Source: a virus (Duplodnaviria > Heunggongvirae > Uroviricota > Caudoviricetes). From it: a DNA stretch of 64,000 nucleotides. Under the pieces are notes generated by a model. That model ran no database searches, was not told the origin of the DNA, and saw nothing but the letters and a program-made list of their open reading frames with translations. Shown here in pieces: positions 20,443-31,281 of this stretch. The stretch is from positions 1 to 64,000 of IMG/VR virus record IMGVR_UViG_2681813455_000010, one strand, 5' to 3'. The first letter of the stretch is position 1. Each line of letters starts with the position of its first letter. A program made the translations under genes and the position numbers.

Positions 20443-22221
20443 ATGGGTTTTTATAATGACGCACTGAGTAAAATATATAGTGAAGATGATGATTTCCTAA
20501 TTATAGGATTAACAGGGAGGACGGGGTCAGGCTGTTCAACAGTTTCTAATATACTGTCATCAGAATCAAGTGAGATAAAGCATTCTCTATTTAACGGTGA
20601 TTACCCTAAGTCGAATGAAGAAAGAAAAGAGCGGGTTCTATTTAAATATTTTTCCGTGTCATGGGTTCCATTTATAAAAATACAAGCAAGTTCCATACTG
20701 ACATTGTGTTTATCAAAGGACTTTGATGGTAAGCTGAATAAATTTATTCGGGAAGTGACGGAGTTAGGTAATGACCAAAGAATCCTAGAGTCAACAGTTA
20801 ATGATCTTGAATCTATACTAAAAGAAATTAAAGCTAAAGATGAAAGCTCTGATCATGATATAGATGATAAGATAAAATTCATAAATGAATATCTAATAAA
20901 AGCGAATACACAAATTAAATCCATATTTAAGAACAAGGCTGACTATATAAAATTATATCAAGCTATAGGTAATAATTATAGATCTAGTGGGATGTACCAT
21001 GACAGTTCATTTAGTGATGATTTCCATGGCTTTTTTCTTCCTAAAAAAATAAATGATATAATTCAAAGATTAAGAACCTTAGCAAAAGAAAAGAACACAA
21101 AAACTGGAGAAAAGAAACCTATTTATATAGTTATTGATGCTATAAGAAATCCGTTCGAAGCAACATACTTCCAAGATAGATACTCATCATTTTATTTAAT
21201 GGCTGTTTCTACAGAAGAGCATTACAGGCATCAAAGGCTTAGAGAACAAGGTTTAACTGATGCTGAGATAAAAGATATTGATGCAAAAGAATACCGTAAA
21301 TCATCTTTGGATGAGAAGTCATCATATATATATCAGAATATACAGTCTTGTTTAGAAATATCAGACATCTATGTTGAGAATCCGGAAGAGGAAAATGTTG
21401 TTTGTCGGTACTCAGGATTGGCTAATCAATTAATTAAATTCACTTCATTAATGAAGCGTCCTGGTATAATAACTCCATCAAATGTTGAACGTTGCATGCA
21501 GATAGCATATACAGCTAAGTTGAACTCTGGTTGTATATCCAGGCAGGTAGGCGCTGCAGTATCTGATAGTTCATTTTCAATTAAGTCTATTGGTTGGAAT
21601 GATGTACCAAGTGGTCAAGTTCCTTGCTCTTTAAGGGATAGGTTTGATTTGTCTGAGGGGATTGATGATATTGCTTACTCTGAATTCGAAAAGAACGAAA
21701 ATAGTTTCATTCGAAAAATAGATAGCACTAAGATTATTTTTTTAGATGTTAAAAATAAAGGAATGAGAGCTCCATTTTGTTTTAAAACAGAATGGAATAA
21801 TATCCTTGATGATAAATACAAAGAAGATCTACGGGTCGAACATAAGTTAAATGATGATGAGTTTGCTATTATTGACAAAATAAAGTCTAACGCTAATCAA
21901 GTTTTTACAAGATCACTTCATGCTGAAGAGAATGCTTTCTTACAAATATCTAAGTATGGTGGCGTTGGTATACAGAATGGTTTTTTGTTCACAACAGCAA
22001 GCCCTTGTGAATTATGTTCTAAAAAAGCGTATCAATTAGGGATCAAACAAATATATTACATAGATCCATACCCTGGTATAGCAATGAGGAATATTTTAAA
22101 CGCAGGGAGCAATAAACCATTGCTTAAGCTTTTCAATGGTGCAATAGGTAAGGCATTCCATAATTTTTACACGCCAAGAATGGCTTATAAAGATGAGCTT
22201 TCAGCAAGATCTAGGGGATGA
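20443..22221 (+). CDS. P-loop kinase-like N-terminal domain fused to cytidine/dCMP-deaminase-like C-terminal domain; candidate nucleotide-depletion defence protein (dCTP-deaminase type)
   Basis: ATG with GGAG SD; N-terminal GLTGRTGSGCST P-loop-like motif; C-terminal HAEENA...SPCELC zinc-deaminase signature. Confidence 0.55.
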   Translation: MGFYNDALSKIYSEDDDFLIIGLTGRTGSGCSTVSNILSSESSEIKHSLFNGDYPKSNEERKERVLFKYFSVSWVPFIKIQASSILTLCLSKDFDGKLNKFIREVTELGNDQRILESTVNDLESILKEIKAKDESSDHDIDDKIKFINEYLIKANTQIKSIFKNKADYIKLYQAIGNNYRSSGMYHDSSFSDDFHGFFLPKKINDIIQRLRTLAKEKNTKTGEKKPIYIVIDAIRNPFEATYFQDRYSSFYLMAVSTEEHYRHQRLREQGLTDAEIKDIDAKEYRKSSLDEKSSYIYQNIQSCLEISDIYVENPEEENVVCRYSGLANQLIKFTSLMKRPGIITPSNVERCMQIAYTAKLNSGCISRQVGAAVSDSSFSIKSIGWNDVPSGQVPCSLRDRFDLSEGIDDIAYSEFEKNENSFIRKIDSTKIIFLDVKNKGMRAPFCFKTEWNNILDDKYKEDLRVEHKLNDDEFAIIDKIKSNANQVFTRSLHAEENAFLQISKYGGVGIQNGFLFTTASPCELCSKKAYQLGIKQIYYIDPYPGIAMRNILNAGSNKPLLKLFNGAIGKAFHNFYTPRMAYKDELSARSRG

Positions 22222-23022
22222 AAATATTGATACAGCTAAAGGCAACGAACCAGAAATGCTCGAGACTATTCTGGCTAAGTCTGCCGGGCGATAAGCACGA
22301 GTGCAGATGCTGTTCCAAAAGTCTTCTATTCAATAAATTACGAAGTGCTAACTAACTGACCATGTACAATAAGAACAAATCACCTTGAATTGCTCTTGAT
22401 TGAATGGTGAAGAATTATGAGGGTGATAGTCCTTACCACCCTCAATTAAAATTAAAGGTATTTACGTGAGAAATTTTTCTTAACCACACTACTAATAAAA
22501 CTATTTAGTCCATGCCCATCCTGGGCTAGCTCTTTCATCTTAGAGACCGTTGAAGCACCCAGTTTTGTAGAATCGTAACGTATTTCCATCCATCTTTAAA
22601 CTGTACTGTGATAACATCGGGAGTAATCTCATAAAACACTATTCCCGAATTACCGCCTTAATTAGCATAAGTTGGCATTTTTTATTCTTATTAAATTATT
22701 GCAGCAAGTCGCTGCACTCTAGTCATATGACCCCATGCTAAACCTAATTGTTGAGCTAAGTCATAATTTCGATTATTTGATGAACGTAAGTTATTTGACA
22801 GGCAGAATTAACCATACACAGTAATATCCGTTTCTGGCACATAGCAGTCCTATAGATAGTGGCATACAGTCATAGATGGTCGATGGGAGGAGGTGCAAAT
22901 TCTCCCATACAAAAAATACGTAAAATCAATAACAGCTGGAAATTATTTAATAATCAAATTATCGGAAGTTCACCAGCCAGCCGCAGTATTCTGCCACGAC
23001 AAGTTGCTGCGGCTTTTTATGT

Positions 23023-23310
23023 TTAACGGATAAACAGCCAGACCAGCAGACACGCCACCGCCGGCACCGCAAAATCCATCAGACTTGCTACATCCCACGC
23101 GCTTGGATCAAAACCGCCCCACCACGGCATATTCATACGCTTGCCATGCCCGAACATTTCAATCCAGCGATATTCTGCCTGGGTGTGTTCACGCGCAATG
23201 AAGAACGTACAACCGGCTATCGCTCCGTAAGCCCAGTTCCCGGTAAAAAGACCAATCAGTAGCTGCGCAGCCACAGCACAAAGTGCATGAAGTAAGGGGC
23301 TTATATCCAT
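23023..23310 (-). CDS. small membrane protein (95 aa)
   Basis: ATG with AAGGAGGAG SD; two hydrophobic helices. Confidence 0.45.
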   Translation of the reverse strand: MDISPLLHALCAVAAQLLIGLFTGNWAYGAIAGCTFFIAREHTQAEYRWIEMFGHGKRMNMPWWGGFDPSAWDVASLMDFAVPAVACLLVWLFIR

Positions 23311-23320
23311 TACTCCTCCT

Positions 23321-24025
23321 TTATCCGATATCGCTTCGGGAAGTTGATAACAGCTTTAATTCTGACTCAAGTTCATCAACTCTTTCAGTCAGCTTCTGGA
23401 TATGGTGAATCAGTGGAACAACCAGACGTTCGTACATTACACCTTCGGCAACAAGGCCATTGCTGGAAATAGCTTCCGGTGCATCATCTTCGTTAGCTGG
23501 TCGCCAGTGTACAAACTGAGGGGCAATTTCTCCTACTTCCTCGGCAATCAATCCGTAGAATCCCCAGTCACGCCTATCATTTTCGCATTGCGACCTGTAC
23601 CACACAGGGCGCATCTTGAAAATGAGATCGGCGTGCTCTGAATCTATCGTCTCTACTGAATGTTTATAGCGGATAGACGATGTTGACCGCAGTACAGACG
23701 AAATTGCAGGGTCAGGATTAAGATAAAGGTTTGCCGCCGCAGTTGTCGTGCCCAACCCCCATAAATAAAACGCTTCGCGGCCAGTCAGCGGGTAAAAATC
23801 TCCACCATAATTACCGCTTTCGAGAGCATTCACTTCCAGTTTGTTTTTCAGCTTATTATCAACTTCAGTTTTTGTGTATCTGGTGCTGATATCCTGCTTT
23901 GCACTGGCCATATCAGCCTGAAGCGTTGATACTTTTCCGTTAATTGAGGAAATATCTTCCTTAGTTTTACTGACATATCCCTTCAGCGTGGTAATGTCTC
24001 CCGGAATTACTGTCGATGTAGCCAT
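23321..24025 (-). CDS. tail-fibre-associated protein with C-terminal intramolecular-chaperone-like (peptidase S74-like) region
   Basis: ATG with GAGGAAG SD; C-terminal ..SSIRYKHSVETID..WGFYGLIAEEV..LVAEGVMYERL.. pattern recalled from auto-cleaving tail-fibre chaperone domains. Confidence 0.45.
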   Translation of the reverse strand: MATSTVIPGDITTLKGYVSKTKEDISSINGKVSTLQADMASAKQDISTRYTKTEVDNKLKNKLEVNALESGNYGGDFYPLTGREAFYLWGLGTTTAAANLYLNPDPAISSVLRSTSSIRYKHSVETIDSEHADLIFKMRPVWYRSQCENDRRDWGFYGLIAEEVGEIAPQFVHWRPANEDDAPEAISSNGLVAEGVMYERLVVPLIHHIQKLTERVDELESELKLLSTSRSDIG

Positions 24026-24034
24026 TTTTCTTCC

Positions 24035-24316
24035 TCACATCCAGCCACGAAGTTGATGCTCAACAGCAACCACGTATTCATCGAATATTGACGGTGTTTT
24101 CACATCATTAATGATGCGCACGTTTACAAAATATCCATCTTCCTTAATACATACCGGTTCGCCATCTTCAGTCAGCTCTCCGGTTTCTTTGTACACGTTA
24201 CCGATCACGTCAATAAGAATATCATCCTGCATCGACTCGTCATCATAATAGCCAGTACTCTCCATAAAGGCCGAAAAGTTGGCTCTGTCGGGAAATTTGA
24301 GTGTTAAATCTTTCAT
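24035..24316 (-). CDS. hypothetical protein (93 aa) downstream of side tail fibre gene
   Basis: ATG with GGGGGAG SD. Confidence 0.4.
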   Translation of the reverse strand: MKDLTLKFPDRANFSAFMESTGYYDDESMQDDILIDVIGNVYKETGELTEDGEPVCIKEDGYFVNVRIINDVKTPSIFDEYVVAVEHQLRGWM

Positions 24317-26688
24317 TAGATTGACTCCCCCACCTGAGCATCAGTCAATGCCTTGTGCCATATTCTGAAATTCCTGACATGACCAAATAAATGACGTAAC
24401 CCGGCTGTAGTCTGGCCTCCAATACGGATAATTGCGGTGTTCTGAATATAGGACCATGTGGTTTTTGTTTCGCTGGATATACGCCCGTTACTTACTGAGC
24501 ACGTAGACTGATCTGACTTTACACGCATCCCCATAACCATTTTTTCAAGCGATGCGTTTTCGTTTACCCGTCTGTTAGCTCCTCCAATATCGCAATAAGG
24601 AAATCCGTCGTAATCTGCTGAAGAACCGAAGCCAAGAATAATAGCCGCTCCGGTTTGATGACCGCCGGTGTCAAAAACACGCGGCGCTGCATTTGGCGTT
24701 TTATACCAGTTCTTATGTACCTCACAAAGAACCGTAAAAGGAAGATTATAAAGATTATTCTTAATGGGAACTGTAACTATATCGCTTGCGCGGGTCGCCG
24801 CCGTCGTTCCTGATATAATAAAAGATGATACACAAGGCCCATTTTCTACTTGTGGGGTGGCCAGATAAATATAGTCACCAGATACGGTTGCCCCGCCCTG
24901 CTTAGGAGAATACTGTATCTGAGAACCTATTTTTAACTCCCCATCAATTGCCTGAATTGTTGCCTCTGCAAAAATCCATCCGGTAGCTTCGTCCTTTCTG
25001 ACTCTCGCTGTAATCCTTGAGGCAGCACCGCCTGTCATATTAATTTCAAGCGTTTGTGTATCAATATACGCATCACCAAGAAAAGTTGTTGCGCTACCGT
25101 CATATTTATCAAACCGGATACGCAACCTTACCTGCAGTTCTGTTTTAAAACGACATGAGGTTGTCACGTATTTATTATCGCCTGAGACATCAACTGACTT
25201 TGTTGCAGCAATTGATGCCATATTAATGGCTGAGGTTTGCCCAATCAGAGAATCGTTACAGACGAACTTTCCATAGGTAAAACCAAAACTATCCTTCCCG
25301 GTTTCGGGAACATCCATATTTGACGATCGCCCCCAACTGGCAGGGTTTTCCGAATTGAGCATGTAGTTTGTTCTTTGCCCCTCAATAAGCAGGCCATCAC
25401 GTTCAAACCGTGGCTCGTCAATGGCAGCCTCTGTCAGCACACCAGATTTATTAATATAGGTTGCTTTCGATGCGCGTTTAAACTTTACAACCTTATCGCC
25501 AGGCATCGTTATTTCATCATCACCAATAACAATCTTTTTATATGACGGCGAAAAGCCCGTAATCATATCCAGTGAATCGTTAAACGGTATCCACACATCG
25601 GGAAGCGGCTGCAAAACTTGTTTATACGGCTCCGCAGCCTGGCTTGCATACTCTCTGGCTGCGTCTTCACTTGCTTTTGCAGCCGTCTGGCTTGCAGCGG
25701 ATGCTTTCGCCGAGTTAGCCGCCGCAGTCTCGCTCGCCTTTGCGTTGGTTTCACTGGTTTTTGCAGCTTTTTGACTGTTGGCTGATGCAGTGGCAGAAGA
25801 AGCCGCCGCACTTGCAGAACCAGCTGCGGCACTCTCGCTTTGGGCCGCTGCATCCTGACTGTTTTTCGCCGCAGTTTCGCTGGCTTTGGCATTCGTTTCG
25901 CTGGTCTTCGCTGCCGTCTGGCTGGACTTTGCGTTAGTTTCGCTCGTCTTCGCTGCTTTCTGGCTGTTAGCCGCAGCAGTTGCTGATCCAGCTGCTGAAG
26001 TCGCAGAACCGGCTGCAGCACTCTCGCTTTCGGCTGCTGCAGCCTGACTGCTTTTCGCCGCAGTTTCACTGGTTTTGGCATTCGTTTCGCTTGTTTTCGC
26101 TGCCGTCTGGCTGGACTTTGCGTTGGTTTCGCTCGTCTTTGCGGCTGTCTCGCTGTTTTTCGCGTTGGTTTCTGATTTTTTGGCTGCTGTCGCGGAGTTT
26201 GCCGATGCAGTCTGTGAGGCCGCTGCTGCCTGTGCGCTGTTAGCTGCATTCGTTTCTGAGGTTTTCGCCGCGTTCTTCGATGATGCCGCTGCAGTTTCGG
26301 ATTTCTTTGCCGCCGCTGCGCTCTGAGAGGCGGCTTCGGCGTTGCGTGCCGCTTCTTCCACCATCTCCTCAAAACGACGCAATGCCTCCGGCATGACATC
26401 ATCTTCCGTCATGGCACCGAGAAAATCATTCAGCGTACCTGGTCTGGAACCTTCATAGACGGTAATGATCCCGGCATGTGAAGGCGGAAAACCTTCAACC
26501 AGCAGGGTGACGCTGTACTGGCCATACTCAACATCCATGCTGTAACGCCCGGCTTCATCCGGATTTTCAGAGGCCACCGTGTTCACCAGTACCGTGGTGC
26601 TGTTACGCTTTGCCTTCAGTTGAATAGTGCAGTTCTGTATTGGTTTTCCCGCACCATCTTTCAGCACACCAGAAATCTGTACTGCCAT
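24316..26688 (-). CDS. stf: side tail fibre protein (lambda Stf-like) with Ala/Ser/Thr-rich repeat region
   Basis: N-terminus MAVQISGVLKDGAGKPIQNCTIQLKAKRNSTT.. closely matches lambda Stf as I recall it; start set at ATG 26688. Confidence 0.85.
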   Translation of the reverse strand: MAVQISGVLKDGAGKPIQNCTIQLKAKRNSTTVLVNTVASENPDEAGRYSMDVEYGQYSVTLLVEGFPPSHAGIITVYEGSRPGTLNDFLGAMTEDDVMPEALRRFEEMVEEAARNAEAASQSAAAAKKSETAAASSKNAAKTSETNAANSAQAAAASQTASANSATAAKKSETNAKNSETAAKTSETNAKSSQTAAKTSETNAKTSETAAKSSQAAAAESESAAAGSATSAAGSATAAANSQKAAKTSETNAKSSQTAAKTSETNAKASETAAKNSQDAAAQSESAAAGSASAAASSATASANSQKAAKTSETNAKASETAAANSAKASAASQTAAKASEDAAREYASQAAEPYKQVLQPLPDVWIPFNDSLDMITGFSPSYKKIVIGDDEITMPGDKVVKFKRASKATYINKSGVLTEAAIDEPRFERDGLLIEGQRTNYMLNSENPASWGRSSNMDVPETGKDSFGFTYGKFVCNDSLIGQTSAINMASIAATKSVDVSGDNKYVTTSCRFKTELQVRLRIRFDKYDGSATTFLGDAYIDTQTLEINMTGGAASRITARVRKDEATGWIFAEATIQAIDGELKIGSQIQYSPKQGGATVSGDYIYLATPQVENGPCVSSFIISGTTAATRASDIVTVPIKNNLYNLPFTVLCEVHKNWYKTPNAAPRVFDTGGHQTGAAIILGFGSSADYDGFPYCDIGGANRRVNENASLEKMVMGMRVKSDQSTCSVSNGRISSETKTTWSYIQNTAIIRIGGQTTAGLRHLFGHVRNFRIWHKALTDAQVGESI

Positions 26689-26748
26689 ACTCACTCCACA
26701 AATAAAAAAGGCGCCATTTCTGGCGCCCGTATTGGGGTTATAAATATT

Positions 26749-29700
26749 TCAACGGATACTGATACCGGAAGCAGCTTTTTTGGTCACAATCACCGTACAG
26801 TCTGTGATGTTACCTGCGCCCTGATTGCCTTTCTGGAAAATCTTAAACTCCAGAGTGACGCTACCACCACCACTCGGCATATCAATAACCGCACTGTAAC
26901 TACCGGGAATGGCTCCTTTAGTTTCTCTGGATGCGATTAATACGCCGTTTTTGCGAACTTCAAAACCATAACCCGTGTATTTCGTACCTCCCGGGTTATT
27001 ACCGCTCCCCGGATCGTCATACGCCATACCGTTAAAAATAATGGGTGGAATAATAATCTGGCGGTCAAAGTTATGATCATCGTAAATGGTGACTGTAACC
27101 GTCCCGCCTGGTGTTTCCGTATCGCCCCACGAGCCAGTTTTTTTCGGGAATGGCTTAGATACAGCTTTAACGAAGTCACCTTTGACCTGAGTAGCCTCGA
27201 GCATTCCCTTAATCGTACAGTTCTCATTTATCGTGACGTTGTTGAGCGTCCCGGAGTTCGCATTCACGTTACCGCTGATATCGGCATTTTTCGCCGTCAA
27301 CCGCCCGTCCGGTGTCAGGGAAAATACCGGCGGATTGCCGCCGCTGGTAATGGTGGGAGCCGTCAGATACTTCAGGAACACTTCGTTCATGAATATCTGG
27401 TTGCCCTGCGCCACAAACATCGGAGTTTCATTCCCGTTTGCCGGGTCAATAAACGCGATACGGTTAGCGGCAACCAGGAACTGGCTCAGTTTACCTTCCT
27501 CCGTATCCTCCATGCTGAGGCCAATCCCCGCGACATAATGCCTGCCGTCTTCGGTCTGCTCAATTTTGACGCCCCACATGGCATTCCATTTATCGTTGGC
27601 GTCTTTCCACTCTTTCGAAAACTCCTCCAGTTTGCTGGCGTTATCCTCCGTCAGCTCGACTTTTTCCAGCAGCTCCTTGCCGAGATGGGATTCGGTTATC
27701 TGGCCTTTGAAAAAATCCAGGTAACCTTCCGCATCATCGCTCGCCCGACCGACAGCCTCCACAAATGCCGATTTGCCAACGGTGTTCACACTGCGGATAT
27801 AAAAATAATAATCATGGCCCGGTTTGATATTGATACTGGCGGCTATCCAGTACAGCGCCGTGCCAAGATAGCGGGCTGTGGTTTCAACCTGCCTGATATC
27901 CGCTATCCGCTTTTCCGAGAACCAGAACTCAAACTGTACCGTCGGATCATAAACCGCAAGATGCGGCGTGGCGGTTATCTGAAAATAGCCCGGCGTCAGC
28001 TCAATCCGCGACGGTGCTGCCGGTGCGGCAATCCGGAACGATACCGATGCCGGATCGCCCTGCTGTCCCCACGCATTTACCGCCCGGACTGTCAGCCTGT
28101 AATTTCCCAGCGCCAGTTGCGTGAAGCGGTATGTGGTTTCCGTCGTCCTGGCCGTGCTTACCAGCCGCTCACTGCCATCGTCCGCTGCCACGGTCAGGCG
28201 AAGCAGGAATCTCACGCCCTTCACCACCTTCGGCGTGTCCCAGCGCGCCAGCACCTGATATTCCCCACTGTCTGCGGTGACTTCTGCGGTCAGGTGCTGC
28301 ACCGCTGGCGGCGTGACACCATTCACCGTGCCGCTCCGGTCGCCGTCAAAGTGCGCCCCGTTATCCACGATGGCCTCTTTTTCCGGCACATGCTGCACGG
28401 CAGTGATGGCATACGTGCCGTCGTCGTTCTCACGGATACTCACACAGCGGAACAGGCGCTGGCGCAGCGTCGGCAGCTTCAGCCCCCACACGCTGTATTC
28501 AGCAACGCCGTCAGGAACACGGCTCACTTTCACCTTCACGCCGTCGGTGACGGACTGGACCTCCACACTGACCGGATTACCCTCACCGTCAACCAGGCTT
28601 ATCAGCGTGGTGCCGGAGGATGGCAGCGTGATTTCACGGTCGAGCGTCAGCGTCCGGGTCTGGCTGTTCACCGCCAGTACGCGACCACCGATGCTGATCC
28701 CCGCATAGTCATCATCGCAGATTTCAATGACATCGCCCGGTACATGGCGAAGCCCTTCTGCGCCCACGCTGAAGTCCACGGTCTGCGTTTCCAGCAGTTC
28801 CGTTTTAATCAGCCACAGCCCGGCGCGGTGCGCCTGCCCCCGGCTGGTACAGCCAAAGGCATCCATCTTCGTGACGTTACGACCGTAACGGAGAATGGCC
28901 TGCGTATCCTCCACAAGCTCTGTTGCCGTCTCCCAGCCGTTATCCGGGTCAATCCAGTTCACCTCAACGGCATTATGGCGGTCTTTCAGGGCGCTGAAGC
29001 TGTAGCGGAACGGCGCGCCATCATCCGGCATCACCACATTACTGCGGTTATAGGTCCACACCTTATCCGACGGTCGGTCCTGCACGAACGTCAGCATCTG
29101 CCCGTTCCATACCGGCATACAGCGCATCGCCGAGCAGAAATCGCTGAGAACATCCCACGCCTTACGCTGCGTGGTCAGGTAAGCGTTACAGGTGATGCGC
29201 GGCTCCGTGCCACCAAAGCCATCCGGCACCGACTGGTCGCAATTCTGGCCGATGACATACAGCGCCCATTTGTCCACATCCGCCGCACCGAGACGCTTCC
29301 CCATGCCGTAGCGCGGATGGGTCAGCATATCCCACAGACACCAGGCCATGTTGTTGCTGTATGCCGGTTTAAACGTCCCGTCCCAGATACCGCTGTATTG
29401 CCGCGTCTGCGGGTTATAGTTCGACGGCACCTGCAGAATGCGCCCGCGAAGATGATAATTACGGCTCACCTGCTGGCTGCCGAACTGCTCCGAATCCACC
29501 TGCACGCCGACCAGTGCCGTGTTCGGGTAGCACTGTTTCACATCGATGATTTCGGTGTATGACGACCAGAGCGTTTTGTTCTGCAGCTGGTCTGTGGTGC
29601 TGTCCGGCGTCATCCTGCGCATCCGGATATTAAACGGGCGCGGCGGCAGGTTATCCACCACCACCGAGGCCAGATACTGTGAAGTGGTTTTGCCCTTAAT

Positions 29701-30162
29701 GGTGATGTCTTTTTCCGTCACCCAGCCACCGTTACGTTGTATCTGAACCAGCAGGCGGACTTCCGACGGATTCCGGTCACCCTTTGAGGTGGTTTCCACC
29801 AGTGCCTGCACACCAAAGGTAAAGCGCAGACGGTCGATGTTTGCAGACGTGATGGTGCGGGTTATCGGCGTGTCGTATTTCACTTCCGTACCCAGCACCG
29901 TCTCGGAGCCGGAGGATTCAAAACCCTCCGGCGGTGTCTGCTCCTGCTCACCTGCCCGGAACACCACCGTGACACCGGCGATGTTGGTATTCCCTTCGCT
30001 ATCCAGCACCGGCGTACTGTTCAGCAGCACGCTTTTTAATCCATCCACCGGACCTTCAATCGGCCCTTCGCTGATGGCATCGATCACACTCAGCAGCTGC
30101 GTGGACTTCAGGTTGTCCTTCGCTTCGCGCGGGGTATGCCCCTTACTGCTTCCTTTACCCAT
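26749..30162 (-). CDS. J: host specificity protein J (central tail fibre)
   Basis: 1137 aa; size, position and sequence match lambda gpJ. Confidence 0.95.
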   Translation of the reverse strand: MGKGSSKGHTPREAKDNLKSTQLLSVIDAISEGPIEGPVDGLKSVLLNSTPVLDSEGNTNIAGVTVVFRAGEQEQTPPEGFESSGSETVLGTEVKYDTPITRTITSANIDRLRFTFGVQALVETTSKGDRNPSEVRLLVQIQRNGGWVTEKDITIKGKTTSQYLASVVVDNLPPRPFNIRMRRMTPDSTTDQLQNKTLWSSYTEIIDVKQCYPNTALVGVQVDSEQFGSQQVSRNYHLRGRILQVPSNYNPQTRQYSGIWDGTFKPAYSNNMAWCLWDMLTHPRYGMGKRLGAADVDKWALYVIGQNCDQSVPDGFGGTEPRITCNAYLTTQRKAWDVLSDFCSAMRCMPVWNGQMLTFVQDRPSDKVWTYNRSNVVMPDDGAPFRYSFSALKDRHNAVEVNWIDPDNGWETATELVEDTQAILRYGRNVTKMDAFGCTSRGQAHRAGLWLIKTELLETQTVDFSVGAEGLRHVPGDVIEICDDDYAGISIGGRVLAVNSQTRTLTLDREITLPSSGTTLISLVDGEGNPVSVEVQSVTDGVKVKVSRVPDGVAEYSVWGLKLPTLRQRLFRCVSIRENDDGTYAITAVQHVPEKEAIVDNGAHFDGDRSGTVNGVTPPAVQHLTAEVTADSGEYQVLARWDTPKVVKGVRFLLRLTVAADDGSERLVSTARTTETTYRFTQLALGNYRLTVRAVNAWGQQGDPASVSFRIAAPAAPSRIELTPGYFQITATPHLAVYDPTVQFEFWFSEKRIADIRQVETTARYLGTALYWIAASINIKPGHDYYFYIRSVNTVGKSAFVEAVGRASDDAEGYLDFFKGQITESHLGKELLEKVELTEDNASKLEEFSKEWKDANDKWNAMWGVKIEQTEDGRHYVAGIGLSMEDTEEGKLSQFLVAANRIAFIDPANGNETPMFVAQGNQIFMNEVFLKYLTAPTITSGGNPPVFSLTPDGRLTAKNADISGNVNANSGTLNNVTINENCTIKGMLEATQVKGDFVKAVSKPFPKKTGSWGDTETPGGTVTVTIYDDHNFDRQIIIPPIIFNGMAYDDPGSGNNPGGTKYTGYGFEVRKNGVLIASRETKGAIPGSYSAVIDMPSGGGSVTLEFKIFQKGNQGAGNITDCTVIVTKKAASGISIR

Positions 30163-30228
30163 TCCTCACACTCCATAAACAACAAAGCCGCCCAAAAGGC
30201 GGCTCATGAGTTACGGCAGGATTAACTA

Positions 30229-30567
30229 TTATTTACATGCATTAACACTATCAGCAAAAATTTTTGGCGTTAATGCTGGTACACGTTCATAAAGAGTAAA
30301 ACTACTGCCATTTCCTGCTTTTTTGATATCAAGCACAACATCATATCCCCCCATAGCCTGTGGAACTAAAAGGCTTACCCCATTCTCAATAGGAAGGGAT
30401 GTTATAGGTGTTCCATTACCAGCCCATTGTCTGGATATGCAGCCTGACAATTCATCAATATTTTTTAATGAATTACCTTCCATTACAGGTTTTCCGGATT
30501 TTACGTAATCCAAAGATTTACATCCTGTTAAGGCAATAATCGTGCAGAATAAAATCGTTTTGTTCAT
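30229..30567 (-). CDS. lipoprotein (112 aa) inserted between tail genes I and J; moron candidate
   Basis: ATG 30567; signal peptide MNKTILFCTIIALTGC with lipobox; no lambda counterpart at this position. Confidence 0.55.
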   Translation of the reverse strand: MNKTILFCTIIALTGCKSLDYVKSGKPVMEGNSLKNIDELSGCISRQWAGNGTPITSLPIENGVSLLVPQAMGGYDVVLDIKKAGNGSSFTLYERVPALTPKIFADSVNACK

Positions 30568-30639
30568 ATAGCTAACCAATAGAATAATTATCAGTGTTCG
30601 ATATAAATATTAAATCAGTTAGAACATGAGTAAATAATA

Positions 30640-31281
30640 TTACCGCCCAATTACCACAACCTGACCACCATCCCCTTCATCTGCCGTGCTGATCTCCTGA
30701 GAAACCACGCGTGACCCCACGCGCATTTCACCGTACAGAACAGGCAGAACATTGCCCTGGGCAACCATGTTATCCAGTGAGGAGAAATAGGTGTTCTGTT
30801 TGCCGTTATCCGTTGTCTGTGTACGGGGTGTTTTGGGTTTAGGAGCCAGCATCTGTGCAACACCACCAAGCGTCATCGCTGCCCCCATAGAAAAGAGGAT
30901 GTCACTGAAAGCGATACTGATTCCCGGCATCCAGATTGCCGTTGCAATCAGCGCCGCACCCAGCACCGCCTGAAATACACCACCACTTTTAGCACCCGCC
31001 AGACGCGGTACGATGTGGATCACGGCACCATTTGCCAACGGCTCATTAAGACGGACTGATAATTCCGTTTCACCTGCATCACGCCCGGCAATGCGCACCT
31101 GATACCAGCCCTCATTCAGTTTCTGACGAAATGCGGGGATCTGCGTGGCCAGCGCCCGGATGGCTTCGGCACCCGTTTTCACACGAAGGTCGATGCGGCG
31201 GCCAAATCGTTGCAAATCCCCGTAAAGGCAGATGCGTGCCATGCCCGGTGACGCCAGAGGGAGTGTGTGCGTCGCTGCCAT
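30640..31281 (-). CDS. I: tail assembly protein I
   Basis: MAATHTLPLASPGMARICLYGDLQRF.. matches lambda gpI. Confidence 0.9.
   Translation of the reverse strand: MAATHTLPLASPGMARICLYGDLQRFGRRIDLRVKTGAEAIRALATQIPAFRQKLNEGWYQVRIAGRDAGETELSVRLNEPLANGAVIHIVPRLAGAKSGGVFQAVLGAALIATAIWMPGISIAFSDILFSMGAAMTLGGVAQMLAPKPKTPRTQTTDNGKQNTYFSSLDNMVAQGNVLPVLYGEMRVGSRVVSQEISTADEGDGGQVVVIGR

Noticed and set aside
22222-23022. Prophage left att site or tRNA in the gap between the deaminase gene and the first prophage gene
   Set aside because: No tRNA-like structure or copy of the 20-bp repeat seen by eye; only a long-loop hairpin near 22975-23017. The prophage left boundary remains undetermined.
25563-26402. 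279-aa Arg/Pro/Gln-rich ORF on the minus strand overlapping stf
   Set aside because: Alternate-frame artefact of the Ala/Ser-rich tandem repeats in the tail-fibre gene; lies fully inside a strongly supported CDS.
27073-29562. 829-aa plus-strand ORF antisense to gene J
   Set aside because: Stop-poor antisense frame of a GC-rich gene; Arg-rich low-complexity translation; J on the opposite strand is unambiguous.
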